Positions 1 to 13,288 of a stretch of DNA of 64,000 bases are shown one piece after another; within the stretch, counting starts at the first letter, position 1; every line of letters starts with the position of its first letter. The notes below the pieces were generated by a model that saw nothing but the letters and a program-made list of their open reading frames with translations, did no database searches and was not told the origin of the DNA. This DNA is from Eledone cirrhosa (lineage: Eukaryota). The position numbers were made by a program, and so were the translations under genes. The stretch lies in contig OZ024740.1 in NCBI GenBank assembly GCA_964016885.1, forward strand, positions 122,450,001-122,514,000. Direction: 5' to 3'.

Positions 1-1660
1 AGATCAAGAGAGGTATCTTCCAGGGAGATAGCCTGTCCCCTCTGTTGTTTGTCCTTGCCCTGGTGCCCTTGACCATTATGCTGCGAAAAGTGAGAGCAGG
101 ATACAAGTTGGGAAGGGGAGAGCTTACCATCAATCACCTCCTCTTCATGGACGATCTTAAGCTCTTCGGGAAAAGTGAGAAGGAGTTGGATGTGCTTGTT
201 GACACTGTCCGTATTTTCAGCAGTGATATATGTATGCAGTTTGGTATTGGTAAATGTGGAGTCATTGTGATGAGGAGGGGTAGGTTGAGCAGAAGTAACG
301 GGATCCAGATACCAACAGGTGAGATGATAAAGGAAATTGACTCTGAGGAAGGATACAAGTATTTGGGCGTTCTGGAGGCTGATGGCATAAAGAACAAAAA
401 AATGAAGGAATTGTTAAGAACTGAATACATTCGGAGAGTAAGGAGCGTATTGAAGTCACATCTGAACAGCAGAAATGCCATAAGCGCAGTAAATTCCCGA
501 GCTGTGTCTATTATTAGGTACAGTGCGGGAATTCTGAGATGGAATGTTGCTGAACAAAAAGAAATGGATAGGAAGACTAGGAAGCTATTGACTATCTACA
601 ACATGTTCCACAAGAGGAGTGATGCCGATAGACTCTACCTAAGGAGATCTGAGGGTGGAAGAGGTCTTATCAGCATAGAGGACTGTGTTCAGATGGAGAA
701 AAACAACCTATACAAATACGTGACCTATAGTAAGGAGCCAATGCTCAGAGCTGTACTGAAGGAGGGGACAGTAGGCCAGGGGATATCCAAGGAGGAAATA
801 ACATCAAGGAGGAAGAGCAGCCTTAAGGGAAAATCCCTTCATAGTACCTTCTTTGAGAAAACTGAATTTAGAGATCCACAGACATGGAACTGGTTGAGAA
901 GAGGAGACCTCAAAAAGGCTACAGAAGGAATGCTAATGGCTGCGCAGGAGCAGGCCCTCAAAACGAAGTGGTTGAAGCACCATATCTACAAGGAGGAGGC
1001 TAGCCCACTGTGCAGGATCTGTGGAGAGAGAGAGGAGACTGTAGCTCACATTGTGTCCGAGTGTAAACACCTAGCCCAGACCCACTATAAGGGCTGGAGG
1101 CACGATGTGATGGGCAGGGTGATCCACTGGCACCTGTGCAAAGTAAACAATATACCACATTCTGAGAAATGGTATGAGCATAGGCCAGAGGCGGTGATGG
1201 AGAACAGTCAGGTGAAGGTGCTGTGGGATTTTAGGATACAGACGGACAAAAAACTGGAACACAATAGACCTGACCTGGTGGTTGTGGACAAAGAAAAAAG
1301 ATCGTGCCTGATTGTGGATGTGGCCTGCCCGTTCGACACGAGAGTGCAAGAGAAGGAGAGGGAGAAAATTAACCGATACCAGGACCTAAAGTGGGAGGTG
1401 AAAAGGATTTGGAACTGCCATGAAGTCAAAGTGATCCCGATTGTCATAGGCGCACTGGGGACTATCTCCAAAGGTTTCCAGGGATGGTTAAAGAAAATCG
1501 GCCCCTTCACGCTTTTTGGAACGCTTCAAAAGGCATGCTTGCTTGGAACGGCAAGAACCCTCCGATACGTCCTGAATATCTGAGGCTGCAGGTAGTGGCT
1601 TGATATTCAATCCAACGGACTTTCCAGTTAACCAACATCAATGACTGAGATTCAAGGAAT
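1..1660 (+). mobile_element. R4/Dong-clade non-LTR retrotransposon (RT + restriction-like endonuclease), 5' part outside window; 3' UTR ends in (AAT)n
   Basis: ORF motifs as in the next feature; short 3' UTR (1584-1660) then AATAACAATAAC..(AAT)n; same 3' UTR at 44617-44692 and 45475-45550. Confidence 0.92.
45..1583 (+). CDS. C-terminal RT, CCHC zinc finger and RLE of the R4/Dong element (frame open to the window edge)
   Basis: In-frame upstream RGIFQGDSLSP; HLLFMDD; CRICGEREETVAHIVSEC; RHD; NRPD..VDVACP..EREKINRY; VIPIVIGALG; no internal stop. Confidence 0.92.
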   Translation: MFVLALVPLTIMLRKVRAGYKLGRGELTINHLLFMDDLKLFGKSEKELDVLVDTVRIFSSDICMQFGIGKCGVIVMRRGRLSRSNGIQIPTGEMIKEIDSEEGYKYLGVLEADGIKNKKMKELLRTEYIRRVRSVLKSHLNSRNAISAVNSRAVSIIRYSAGILRWNVAEQKEMDRKTRKLLTIYNMFHKRSDADRLYLRRSEGGRGLISIEDCVQMEKNNLYKYVTYSKEPMLRAVLKEGTVGQGISKEEITSRRKSSLKGKSLHSTFFEKTEFRDPQTWNWLRRGDLKKATEGMLMAAQEQALKTKWLKHHIYKEEASPLCRICGEREETVAHIVSECKHLAQTHYKGWRHDVMGRVIHWHLCKVNNIPHSEKWYEHRPEAVMENSQVKVLWDFRIQTDKKLEHNRPDLVVVDKEKRSCLIVDVACPFDTRVQEKEREKINRYQDLKWEVKRIWNCHEVKVIPIVIGALGTISKGFQGWLKKIGPFTLFGTLQKACLLGTARTLRYVLNI

Positions 1661-1689
1661 AACAATAACAATAATACTAATAATAATAA

Positions 1690-1870
1690 TTGTTTCTACT
1701 TTAGGCACAAGGCCAGCAATTACCCAGTGCATTACTGGTACTTTATTTTATCGACCCCGTAAGGATGAAAGGCAAAGTCAACCTCGGCGGGATTTGAACT
1801 CAGTTCGTAAAGGGACGTAACTATGCTGGAAAGCATGGCGTCCGACCCTCTACCGATACTGCCAATCCAC
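1690..1870 (-). mobile_element. tRNA-derived SINE with Meta-type central domain, inserted in the (AAT)n tail of the Dong element
   Basis: Minus strand: A box TGGCAGTATCGGTAG, B box GAGTTCAAATCCC, core GCCTTTCATCCTTACGGGGTCGATAAAATAAAGTACCAG, tail GGCCTTGTGCCTAAAGTAGAAACA-ATTATT. Confidence 0.85.
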
Positions 1871-2065
1871 AATAATAATAATAATATGTGGTGTATATAT
1901 AGATAGAAAATATCTAGAGCGAATGATTGGCAAAATTGTTAGAGTATCAGATGGTATGCTTTTCGGCGTCTTCTCCGGTTTTGTGCATTCTCAGTTCAAA
2001 TTCTGCCACCTATCACCAGATTAATAGTGGTGGGATAGAACTTGGTTACTATTATTAAAACACTC

Positions 2066-2203
2066 CAGCATAGTTACGTCCCTTTACGATCTGAGTTCAA
2101 ATCCCGCCGAGGTTGACTTTGCCTTTCATCCTTACGGGGTCGATAAAATAAAGTACCAGTAATGCACTGGGTAATTGCTGGCCTTGTGCCTAAAGTAGAA
2201 ACA
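2066..2203 (+). mobile_element. 5'-truncated Meta-type SINE with 15-bp TSD
   Basis: Same family; ATTATTAAAACACTC at 2051-2065 and 2204-2218. Confidence 0.85.
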
Positions 2204-3363
2204 ATTATTAAAACACTCGAGAAAACTTCAGCATCAAAGGGGATATACTAAGTCATCAAAGTGCAAATGTGAACAACAACATATTTGAAAACATATGAAG
2301 TATTGCGGCCTGGAATGGCCATTATCATATATCTAAAGAATCTAAGCTAAAAACCATAATTATCATCTAACTTTCTGTTGCTAAAGTATTATAATTATAG
2401 AAATATAATTTCTGCAGAATTGACAGCAAGTTTAAGATGTTTGCTTAAGAACCATGTGATTTCCAGTACATGAGTAGCGTATTGGACAAATCTATTCCCT
2501 TGTAGCTTCTCATTGACCAATACATTGTAATTGGAATTCGGTAAAAGAAATTATACAGAAATATGTGGTGTGTATGTACATAAATGTTTGAGTGAGTGGA
2601 TATGTGTTTGCGTGTGCTTATGCATGTGTATGGATAATTATATGTGACGCAACATCCGCAACATCACTACTTAAACCATGACCCGTGTTGATTCAAATGC
2701 TAACCAGGCAACTGGTAAAACATTGAAGGATACGATAATTACCAAACAGAAATAAGTACTGAAGTTTCTGCAATTGTTTACAACACATTGAAGGTGATAT
2801 CTCAGTGGAATTGCACTCAAGGAATGAAAGTAATAAAAGATTTAATGATTGAAAATATAATAGCGTATTTCATTCAATAACTAAATTATAGTTGAATTAA
2901 TCAACATTAGCGAATACAATGACAATATTCGGAAAATATTCAGTAAAGAGCTTCCCATAATATGGTAGCATTTAGCAATCCTATTTGACAGGTTATCTGT
3001 TATTAGAGAGCAAAAGTTGTCCTTCGATTTGCAAAATGGTAACTGCCAAATAGTCTTCAAATTGCACCGAGACGTTTCATAAAAGTAATAGCAATATCAG
3101 AATATGCTCACCAACATAAGACCGAAATCATTGAAGACCATATCTGGAAAGAATTTGATTATAGTTATGCTCCCCCTGAGACAAAATAACATAAACAGCA
3201 ACTTTTTAGTTTTCTTACAACATAAACATTTTCATAAATTTCAGTACTGTTTATTGAAAAACTAATTTCATACCTTGGCGATAAATGCATTCTATTACCA
3301 ATCAGGCTAATATATTTAGTATTTGCCAGCGAGTAAATGTATTATATTATAATACTATAATAT

Positions 3364-3504
3364 TGAGTTCAAATCCCGCCCAGGTTAACTTAGCCTTTCA
3401 TCCTTACGGGGTCGATAAAATAAAGCACCAGTAACGTACTGGGGTCGATTTAATCGACTGTCCCCTCCCTCAAAATTGCTGGCCTTGTGCCTATATAAGA
3501 AACC
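3364..3504 (+). mobile_element. 5'-truncated Meta-type SINE (longer subfamily) with 18-bp TSD
   Basis: B box and Meta core; ATTATAATACTATAATAT at 3346-3363 and 3505-3522. Confidence 0.85.
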
Positions 3505-3887
3505 ATTATAATACTATAATATCATAGTACTATATAAATGATAGAAATCATTGAGAGAAATTTACGATGGTTGGGACACTTTACAGGTTTGACAACAGCT
3601 GACTCCCGAGAAAACGCATTAACTCCCATTTATGCACGAGAAAATAATACCAAGCGAAGAGATTTAAAGATGCTGCAAAAAGGAATATGAAGTGGAAAGG
3701 AATTCAGCATAACATCAGGCAAAAACTGACCAGTATAGAGCAAGCTTATCCAATCATGCCAAAGCAATATACAGTCCGAGTAAAGTATGTTTTGTATATA
3801 ATCTGTGCTACATAAACAGGTAAATATGCATTTCTAGATGTGTGTTTGTTTAGGATAAGATATCTTTATTTCAGATTTTGAAGATTA

Positions 3888-4036
3888 CTATCCTGTTTCC
3901 ATATTATGAGACAAGCCTTCCCTAAAAAAATAAGGTACTAGGGCTTATTTTCGGGGTAGGGCATTTATTGGATAGCAACATAGAAATCAGGCTAGAGCTT
4001 ATTTTTGGAGTAGGTCTTATAATAGAAGAAACATGG
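3888..4036. mobile_element. Decayed Tc1/mariner (pogo/Tigger-like) MITE
   Basis: Repeated TAGGGCTTATTTTCGGGGTAGG / TAGAGCTTATTTTTGGAGTAGG subterminal motifs and imperfect inverted ends. Confidence 0.4.
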
Positions 4037-4039
4037 CCC

Positions 4040-5430
4040 AACATTCACCCGGAGGAAGCCACTGCAGGTTGTGCCTGGTGGAATCGGCAGAGATCATTAA
4101 ATGAAGATCGGCTATTAATTTAAAATCGGAAATCTTCATAAACTGCAGACACACAAAAAAAACATACCTTCTCCGCCATGGTATTCGGACATAAACCAAA
4201 GACAGACCACCTGAACACAGACAACAATAAGCACGTACACAACACTCTATTAACTATCACAATTATTATCAAGTCTCATCAACTCTATCATACCTTGCCA
4301 TTGTTATGCTCGTTAATATTATATTCTTTATTATGTCGCTCATTATTAAACATATCACCATGTAGTCACCAATCTCACCCACACGCACCGCACACACAAG
4401 ACATCCCCACACACCACCAGCATCCTATTAATTATCCCAATTAGTATCATTACTTTCATTTGTATCACCAATTTTTTCATTGTTATTATCACTATTACAT
4501 TTATTTCCTATCGCTATTAACATTTTCACCCTTCATATACATATCCAACTATTTTTTTTTTGTTACCATAATAGATTCCTCTAGAATATTTATCTAGGCA
4601 TACAAGTGCATACATATATACATGCATACGTATATATATATATGTGTACACGCTTGCAGGCCGACATAGTTGTATGAACGTCTGGGTCTATCAGCACGTA
4701 TATATCTGAGTGTGTGTATATGCAGGGTGTGTGTCTGTGGCTACGTATACGAGTATATGAGTGTGTGCGTGCACCAGTGTATAAGTTAGCCCATATAGTT
4801 AGTGTAGCAACTATTCTATTTATTCATTCAACTATTTATTCATATTCATTTCACGAACTAGCCAAAATTCTTAATCACCTTTTTCTAGTACAAACAATCT
4901 CTTTAAGAATATAGATAGTTTACATACTAAGCACACCAAAGAAAACGTTAAACCCCCACATACCAAAGCGTCATCCTTAACCTAGGTTTAATTTACTTTT
5001 ATTTAAATTCTGTTATTCCTCTTTGACCAACTTCTGACCAACAGAGAATCCACACATACCCCTTAGTACAGCACCGCACTCTTTTATCTCCCATCACGTA
5101 TAGCCCATAACCACTTCCATATCCACACCCAGCACCGTAGCTTCACTAGACATACGCCAACATATCTATGAAACAGTCAAAATACCACACCCTAGCTACT
5201 CACACCAACCATCGCTCACCACCACCACATCTTCATTATAATCTTCGCCCACCTACCATACACATCAATCATTCCTTACAGCAAAACCACCAAAACGTTA
5301 TAGACCTTTCTACGCCCTACGGGTTCATTCTGTCATTACCACAGCAGAAGTCCGACGATCTTTTGATTCCAGAATCGGGCTAGATCGATACAGATCGAAC
5401 GTTGGACTGATCAATAGTGAAACGTGCGTC
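4040..5430 (+). mobile_element. 3' remnant of a Penelope-like element (end of GIY-YIG region plus 3' extension)
   Basis: 4060-4176 reads HCRLCLVESAEIIK*RSAINLKSEIFINCRHTKK, matching the CxLCxxE..N..sE....CRH terminus also at 14760-14880 and 20270-20370; right boundary uncertain. Confidence 0.55.
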
Positions 5431-5433
5431 ACT

Positions 5434-5590
5434 ATCGGTAGAGGGTCGGACACCATGCTTTGACGCATAGAGTTATGGCCCTTGTCATTCTGAGTTCAAA
5501 TCCCGTCGAGGTTAACTTTGCTTTTCATCCTTACGGGGTTGATAAAATAAAGTACCAGTAATTGCTGCCCTTGTAGCAAAATGAGAAAAA
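5434..5590 (+). mobile_element. Meta-type SINE ending in (ATT)n
   Basis: ATCGGTAGAGGGTCGGAC..GAGTTCAAATCCC..Meta core..ATTATTATT. Confidence 0.8.
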
Positions 5591-5605
5591 ATTATTATTA
5601 TTATT

Positions 5606-6675
5606 CAGCTGGAATGTCTCCAAGCGCTTACAGCCTTCTACCAGCTGGGCACTAGTATCGATGGAACATCCACCTCAGCGTTCTATAGAGGACTAGTGGA
5701 GGGGAAGAGTGATGACGTTCTCAGGGAGACCCTGGGCGTCGAAGACGAACAGCTGTTCGCTGTCTTCAAGAGAACTTTCATACCGGGGCCTATGGACAAC
5801 TTCCAGAAATCCCTGGCCTGGCAGTGCTACCGAGGAGCGTTGCTGGTTCGAGATAAGACGGAAGTGCCGTCAGCCAGACCTGTCCGAGATGCGCACAGAG
5901 CGACGAAACCGTTGTGCACTTACTCGTTCAGTGTCCGAGCTTTGCTGACTTGTGGAGCTATGTAGAACATTTACTGTCACGTGTAGGATGGATCCGGTTA
6001 TCGACTGAGTCCATTGTGCAGATAGCCTTGCCGCCCTCCTTTAAGGAGGAGGAAGGGCAGGCAGTTTTCATCTGCCTGATGGCCATGGCGAAAGAGATTG
6101 TATGGTGGCCAAGGTTGAAAGGATTGAAGACACACACTCCCCTCTTCGACGAATCTCTAATTAACTTTTTCAAATTTCACTTGAAGAGGAAAATTTGGAT
6201 GGAGAGAGAGGAGTGCTGTCTTCTAGTAAGTTTGTTGAAAGGTGGGTGAAAATGGCGACTCTGGATCGAGTGAACGGGCCCGCTCTGAGTATGCGCCTGT
6301 AGACTGAGGAGTGGAAAACTGAGAGAGGGCGCTTGCCCTGGTGGTCAGGGTGGCCGTGGTCATTTGTCTGGTTTTCACCATGAGTGACCCTCGGAAATTT
6401 TCCCCCTATTGGGAAGTTTTTGTTATTTGAATTTTTTTTATATTTCTATCTTCTTATTATAACCTTTTTTACACGGCCAAAACCCACTTTGTATCATCTT
6501 GTACCATTATGTGCCGTCTGTTGACTTTGCCTTTCATCCTTACGAGGTCGATAAAATAAAGTACCAGTAATGCACTGGGATAATTGATGGCCTTGTGCCA
6601 AAAGTAGAAACAATTATGTGCCGTCTGTAATGTTTTTTCTTCATGTTAGCTCTTGTGGGCAATAAAGATAGCATA
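5606..6675 (+). mobile_element. 5'-truncated decayed Tx1-family copy (ORF2 C-terminus and 3' UTR), flanked by (ATT)n
   Basis: EGKSDDVL..PGPMDNFQKSLAWQCYRGAL..GQAVFICL..FFKFHLKRKI closely matches ORF 38516-41935; frameshifted; AATAAA then ATT repeats. Confidence 0.9.
6522..6612 (+). mobile_element. Meta-type SINE fragment inserted in the Tx1 3' UTR, ~16-bp TSD
   Basis: ATTATGTGCCGTCTGT on both sides (~6506-6521 and 6613-6628). Confidence 0.85.
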
Positions 6676-6687
6676 ATTATTATTATT

Positions 6688-9065
6688 GGCGACCTACGTA
6701 GGAATTCGTATTATCGTGAGCTCCGCAAAGGTTTGTTGTTTTCAGTTGTTTCAAATTGCCAGTTATGGAATATTTTTGTTGTTAAGTGTTTATAAGTTCA
6801 CATATATTGCTTTCTGAAAAGGACACAACAAATATTGGGGCCTTGAGCCCAAAACTTAAACTTTTTATTTATCAAACAAAATATTTCTTTGAAAAACAAA
6901 AACATGGACGACAAATTGACTGTTTTTAACAGACCACCACCCCCTCCCCCACCAACACCAACACCAACACCAACACCAACACCAACACCATTGTAAGCTT
7001 TGCTACGGTTCCCAACACTGAAAATATATTTAATAGCAGTTTGAATTATTTAGAATTGCCGCATAAAGACATGGATTTCCGGCCATTACCAATAACTGCA
7101 GGTGTTAAAGCCGCCACCCCCACCACCACAATGTCAAAGCGAACAACGAACACCACTGATACCACCACCTTCAACACCACCACCACAGCGACAACAGAAA
7201 CCCAAAAAATAAATTATTATCTCGTGACATCGAAATGGATTCACCCAGAATCGAATCTTCCACGCCGAACAACACTGACACCACCACCACCTCCACCAAA
7301 ACTAAAAATAACAATAACAACAACAGCAATAACAGCAACAATGAGAATAACATCAACACCACCGCGAAACAAAATGTGTCTTTTGCCAACGCAGCCGAGA
7401 AAAGCGAAACAATAGAGGTAGACAGGATGAATTAAATGATGCCAAGAGAATGGTAAAAAATGACGGGTTCAGGGTCAGCCTCACGCCCCCCCCCCCCCAC
7501 ACACACACAACTAATAAAATGGTTTTATAGGACGATAAACACAAAATCACGCCGAGTGGAACGGGCATCCGAGTCCCAAATACGAACAAATTTGGGACAT
7601 GTGTGGGCAAAAGATACCCACATCAGATGGAACCGTGGGCGTGTTCTTTGGAACACCACGGGAAGCCAGAGAGCACTACATGGCACCATTAAGAAGCGAC
7701 CACTTCACACTTGTCCGAAGCTATTGTGGTCAGAGACTCGTGAAGATCAGGGTGACCTACGTTCCAGCAGCCATCGAAATTCCCTGGCTAATGGCTGCAG
7801 TCCATGCACGCATCGAGTCCAACACAAAAATAATTGAAATAACAAAAGAAAAGCAGGAGAACTGGTCCGGATCTGGGATGGAGCTCCTGATCCAAGCGGA
7901 CCAAAAAATCATTGAGGAAATTCCAGAGGTGATAGACCTCACTGACGGCAGTCAACTCACCGTAATCGTTGAGGGTAGAAGGCCTAGGTGTGTCGTTTGT
8001 GGTGAAGAAACCCTCCTAAAGGTTTTCTGCCCTCGGGCTAAAAAGTTGAGGCCACCTCTCTTACCCACCGCAGTGACTCAACCATCAACACCACCAGCAG
8101 TAGAAATGGCAGCAACAACTGTAGCAGAAACAACAGAAGCAACTGTAGCAACAACAACCCCAGCAATAGTAGCAAAACCAACACCACCACCACCCACCGC
8201 GCCAGAACTAAGACCAGCGCCTCCACCATCCACCACGCCACAACAAAAACCAACACCTGAGGAGGATTTTCCAATCCCCGACCTATCGCAACTGTAGGCA
8301 GATTGTGACGACGAGGAGTGGGAAACTGTATCAGTAAAAAAGAAAAAAGAACCCAAAAAAGAAAAAAGTCTCTTCCTTCCCCGTCCAAAAACAAAATATA
8401 GGGGGAAACAAATAAACTAACAAACAAAAAAGTTAGGACAGATATGCCACCATCCAGACCAGCATCACCAACCCCATCACCACAAACACCAACACCATCA
8501 CCATCATTAACCCCAACACCACCAACACCACGAAAGTCACCAAAAATCGAAACAGAAACAAACCCACAACAAACGCAAACAAAACAAAACAACCAAAACG
8601 ATACACACTACACAGCATTACATTTGAACAACAACCAATTATTACACTACATCCAACACAACACAAGCATCACAGAAAAATACTACACAACACCCCCAAA
8701 ATTCACACCACCTGCACACATACAAATCACTCGCATCACACAGAAAACGTACACGACACTAAAACAAAAATTCCCCAAAGACATCGGAGACTTCCGACAA
8801 ACACTCTCCAGGAGGATTTATAAGGATATCCTTCCGGAGCAGGCACAAGCAGTGAGAAGGATGGAAGAACCATCCTTCCTCTACGAGAAGTAAGGTAAGT
8901 GGTCTTTCCCATCTTTTGCACTCCTATTCAACATGATCTCACTCAGAATAGGCAGCATAAATGCGCGTGGCTTGGGGTCGCCATGGAAGCAGGGCGACCT
9001 GCTCAACGACCTCAGGTCACTAAACATAGATGCAGTGGCCATCAGCGAGACTAGAATCTCCGTAG
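6688..9065 (+). mobile_element. 5' half of a second, diverged Tx1-family LINE: 5' UTR, frameshifted ORF1 (ATG 6904 to ~8893), start of ORF2 (8933-9062); truncated at (AT)n
   Basis: SYCGQRLVKIRVTYVP, VEGRRPRCVVCG and KFPKDIGDFR match ORF1 41971-44067; [33 protein letters not shown] matches the ORF2 N-terminus. Confidence 0.9.
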
Positions 9066-9074
9066 CACAGGCTG

Positions 9075-11350
<2,276 letters not shown>

Positions 11351-11354
11351 GTAT

Positions 11355-11394
<40 letters not shown>

Positions 11395-11631
11395 GAGTTA
11401 TAAACTCAAATAGTCTTTTCCAATTAAATAGCTCAAAGAAAGGGATATCTCTGAGCCGTGTAATACAAATGAATATATGATAGGGATAAACACTGATACA
11501 AGTATGCGTGTGTTTGCATTGCAAATGACCAAGTTAGCTAGATTGAAAAATACTAATTAAAATAATACGGTTTGCCTGTCTCGATTTAAAATAATAAATC
11601 AATAAAAACAAACCTATATTGCCAATAGCCG

Positions 11632-11744
11632 TGATACCTGGACAAATTTAAATTTTAAATTTTAAATTTGTTTCGCAACAATTAAGTGAAACTTCCTATT
11701 CCTGTGCCCTTCTGCAGGTATCCAGAAATTGGTAAGTTTCACTT
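11632..11744 (-). ncRNA. Type I hammerhead ribozyme variant with pseudoknot (inverted copy; GUC site, core CAGAAGG)
   Basis: Minus strand: AAGTGAAACTT..GATACCTG-CAGAAGG-GCA..AAGTTTCACTT..TGC-GAAA-CAAATTTAAA..TTTAAATTT-GTC-CAGGTATC. Confidence 0.72.
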
Positions 11745-11965
11745 CAACATACTTAGGAAGACTGAGAGAAATGTGTTGTTGAAATGTGTTTTGTTCTTTG
11801 AGCTATTTAACTCTATATATAATATTCTCGGCTCCATACGTTGAGCTAATGTTAAGTCCCATAAAACCAGCTGCTATTTTTAGCGGCACGAGTATAGGAC
11901 GTGCTAGACGCTGGGACACATGTGCGTTCAACAACACATTTCTCTCAGTCTTCCTAAGTATTTTG

Positions 11966-12077
11966 AAGTGAAACTTACCAATTTCTGGATACCTGCAGAA
12001 GAGCACAGGAATAGGAAGTTTCACTTATTTGTTGCGAAACAAATATAACATTTAAAATTTAAATTTGTGCAGGTATC
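11966..12077 (+). ncRNA. Type I hammerhead variant (core CAGAAGA; site GUG, probably inactive copy)
   Basis: Stem I 11988-11995/12070-12077, core 11996-12002, GAAA 12036-12039, pseudoknot 11966-11976/12016-12026. Confidence 0.72.
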
Positions 12078-12467
12078 ACGGCTATTGCCAATATAGGTTT
12101 GTTTTTAATGATTTATTATTTTAAAACGAGACAGGCAAACCGTATTATTTTAATTAGTATTTTTCAATCTAGTTAACTTGGTCATTTGCAATGCAAACAC
12201 ACGTATACTTGTATCAGTGTTTATCCCTATCATATATTCATTTGTATTACACGGCTCAGAAATATCCCTTTCTTTGAGCTATTTAATTGTAAAATACTAT
12301 TTGAGTTTATAACTCTATATATAATATTCTCGGCTCCATGCATTGAGCTAATTTTTAGTCCCATAAAACCGGCTGCTATTTTTAGCGGCACGAGTATAGG
12401 ACGTGCTAGACGCTGGGACACATGTGCGTTCAACAACACATTTCTCTCAGTCTTCCTAAGTATTTTG

Positions 12468-12574
12468 AAGTGAAACTTACCAATTTCTTGATACCTGCAG
12501 AAAGAGCACAGGAATAGGGAGTTTCACTTAATTGTTGCGAAACAAATTTAAAATTTAAATTTGTTCAGGTATCA
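12468..12574 (+). ncRNA. Type I hammerhead variant (core CAGAAAGA; GUU site)
   Basis: Stem I TGATACCTG/CAGGTATCA, GAAA 12539-12542, long A/U stem III, pseudoknot 12468-12478/12519-12529. Confidence 0.72.
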
Positions 12575-13054
12575 CGGCTATAGCCAATATAGGTTTGTTT
12601 TTATTGATTTATTATTTTAAATCGAGACAGGCAAACCGTATTATTTTAAGTAGTATTTTTCAATCTAGCTAACTTGGTTATTTGCAATGCAAACACTTGT
12701 ATCAGTGTTTATCCCTATCCTATATTCATTTGTATATATATATATATATATATATATTTATTTATTTTATTTTGTGCATATGCTTACCACGTGTGCTTGT
12801 TTATTTATTTATTTTTAATTGTTTTATTTTCATCATTCATATCGCTGTCAACTTGCTAATTTTTCATTATTTTTATTTTTGACTTTATTTTTTACTCATT
12901 TATCTTGGCCAGTTGTTGTAAATGCTTATTTTAGAATATACGCATGGTCGAGTGTGTATATGTTTGTTTATTTATCTTTATATCTTTACTTATTTTTATA
13001 TGTATCTGTGTGTGTGTGTGTGTGTGTGTGTGTTGGTGTGTATATATATGTATG

Positions 13055-13098
<44 letters not shown>

Positions 13099-13288
13099 TG
13101 TGTATTTACGTGTATGTGTATGTTTATATATATATATACATATGTATATGTGTGTGTGTGTGTGTATTTGTGTATATGTGTTTATATACTTATATATTTA
13201 TAATCTTTTTTCTTCTTCACTGAGACTCACTTTCATAGTTCTTATATTTTTTTATTTCAAATCCACATTCAATAAAAACACCAGGACT

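Larger units (their letters stand above)
11385..12735. mobile_element. 502-bp non-coding repeat: ~1.9 tandem copies (+, ~11790-12735) preceded by an inverted partial copy (11385-11783); retrozyme-like
   Basis: AACTCTATATATAATATTCTCGG at 11809 and 12311 (period 502); 11385-11783 is the reverse complement of ~11927-12326; one hammerhead per unit; flanked by (AT)n. Confidence 0.8.

Noticed and set aside
5340-5433. Hammerhead-like remnant (AGTCCGACG/CGTTGGACT stem, GAAAC-GTGC-GTC)
   Set aside because: No convincing core and stem I is cut by the SINE; at best a relic
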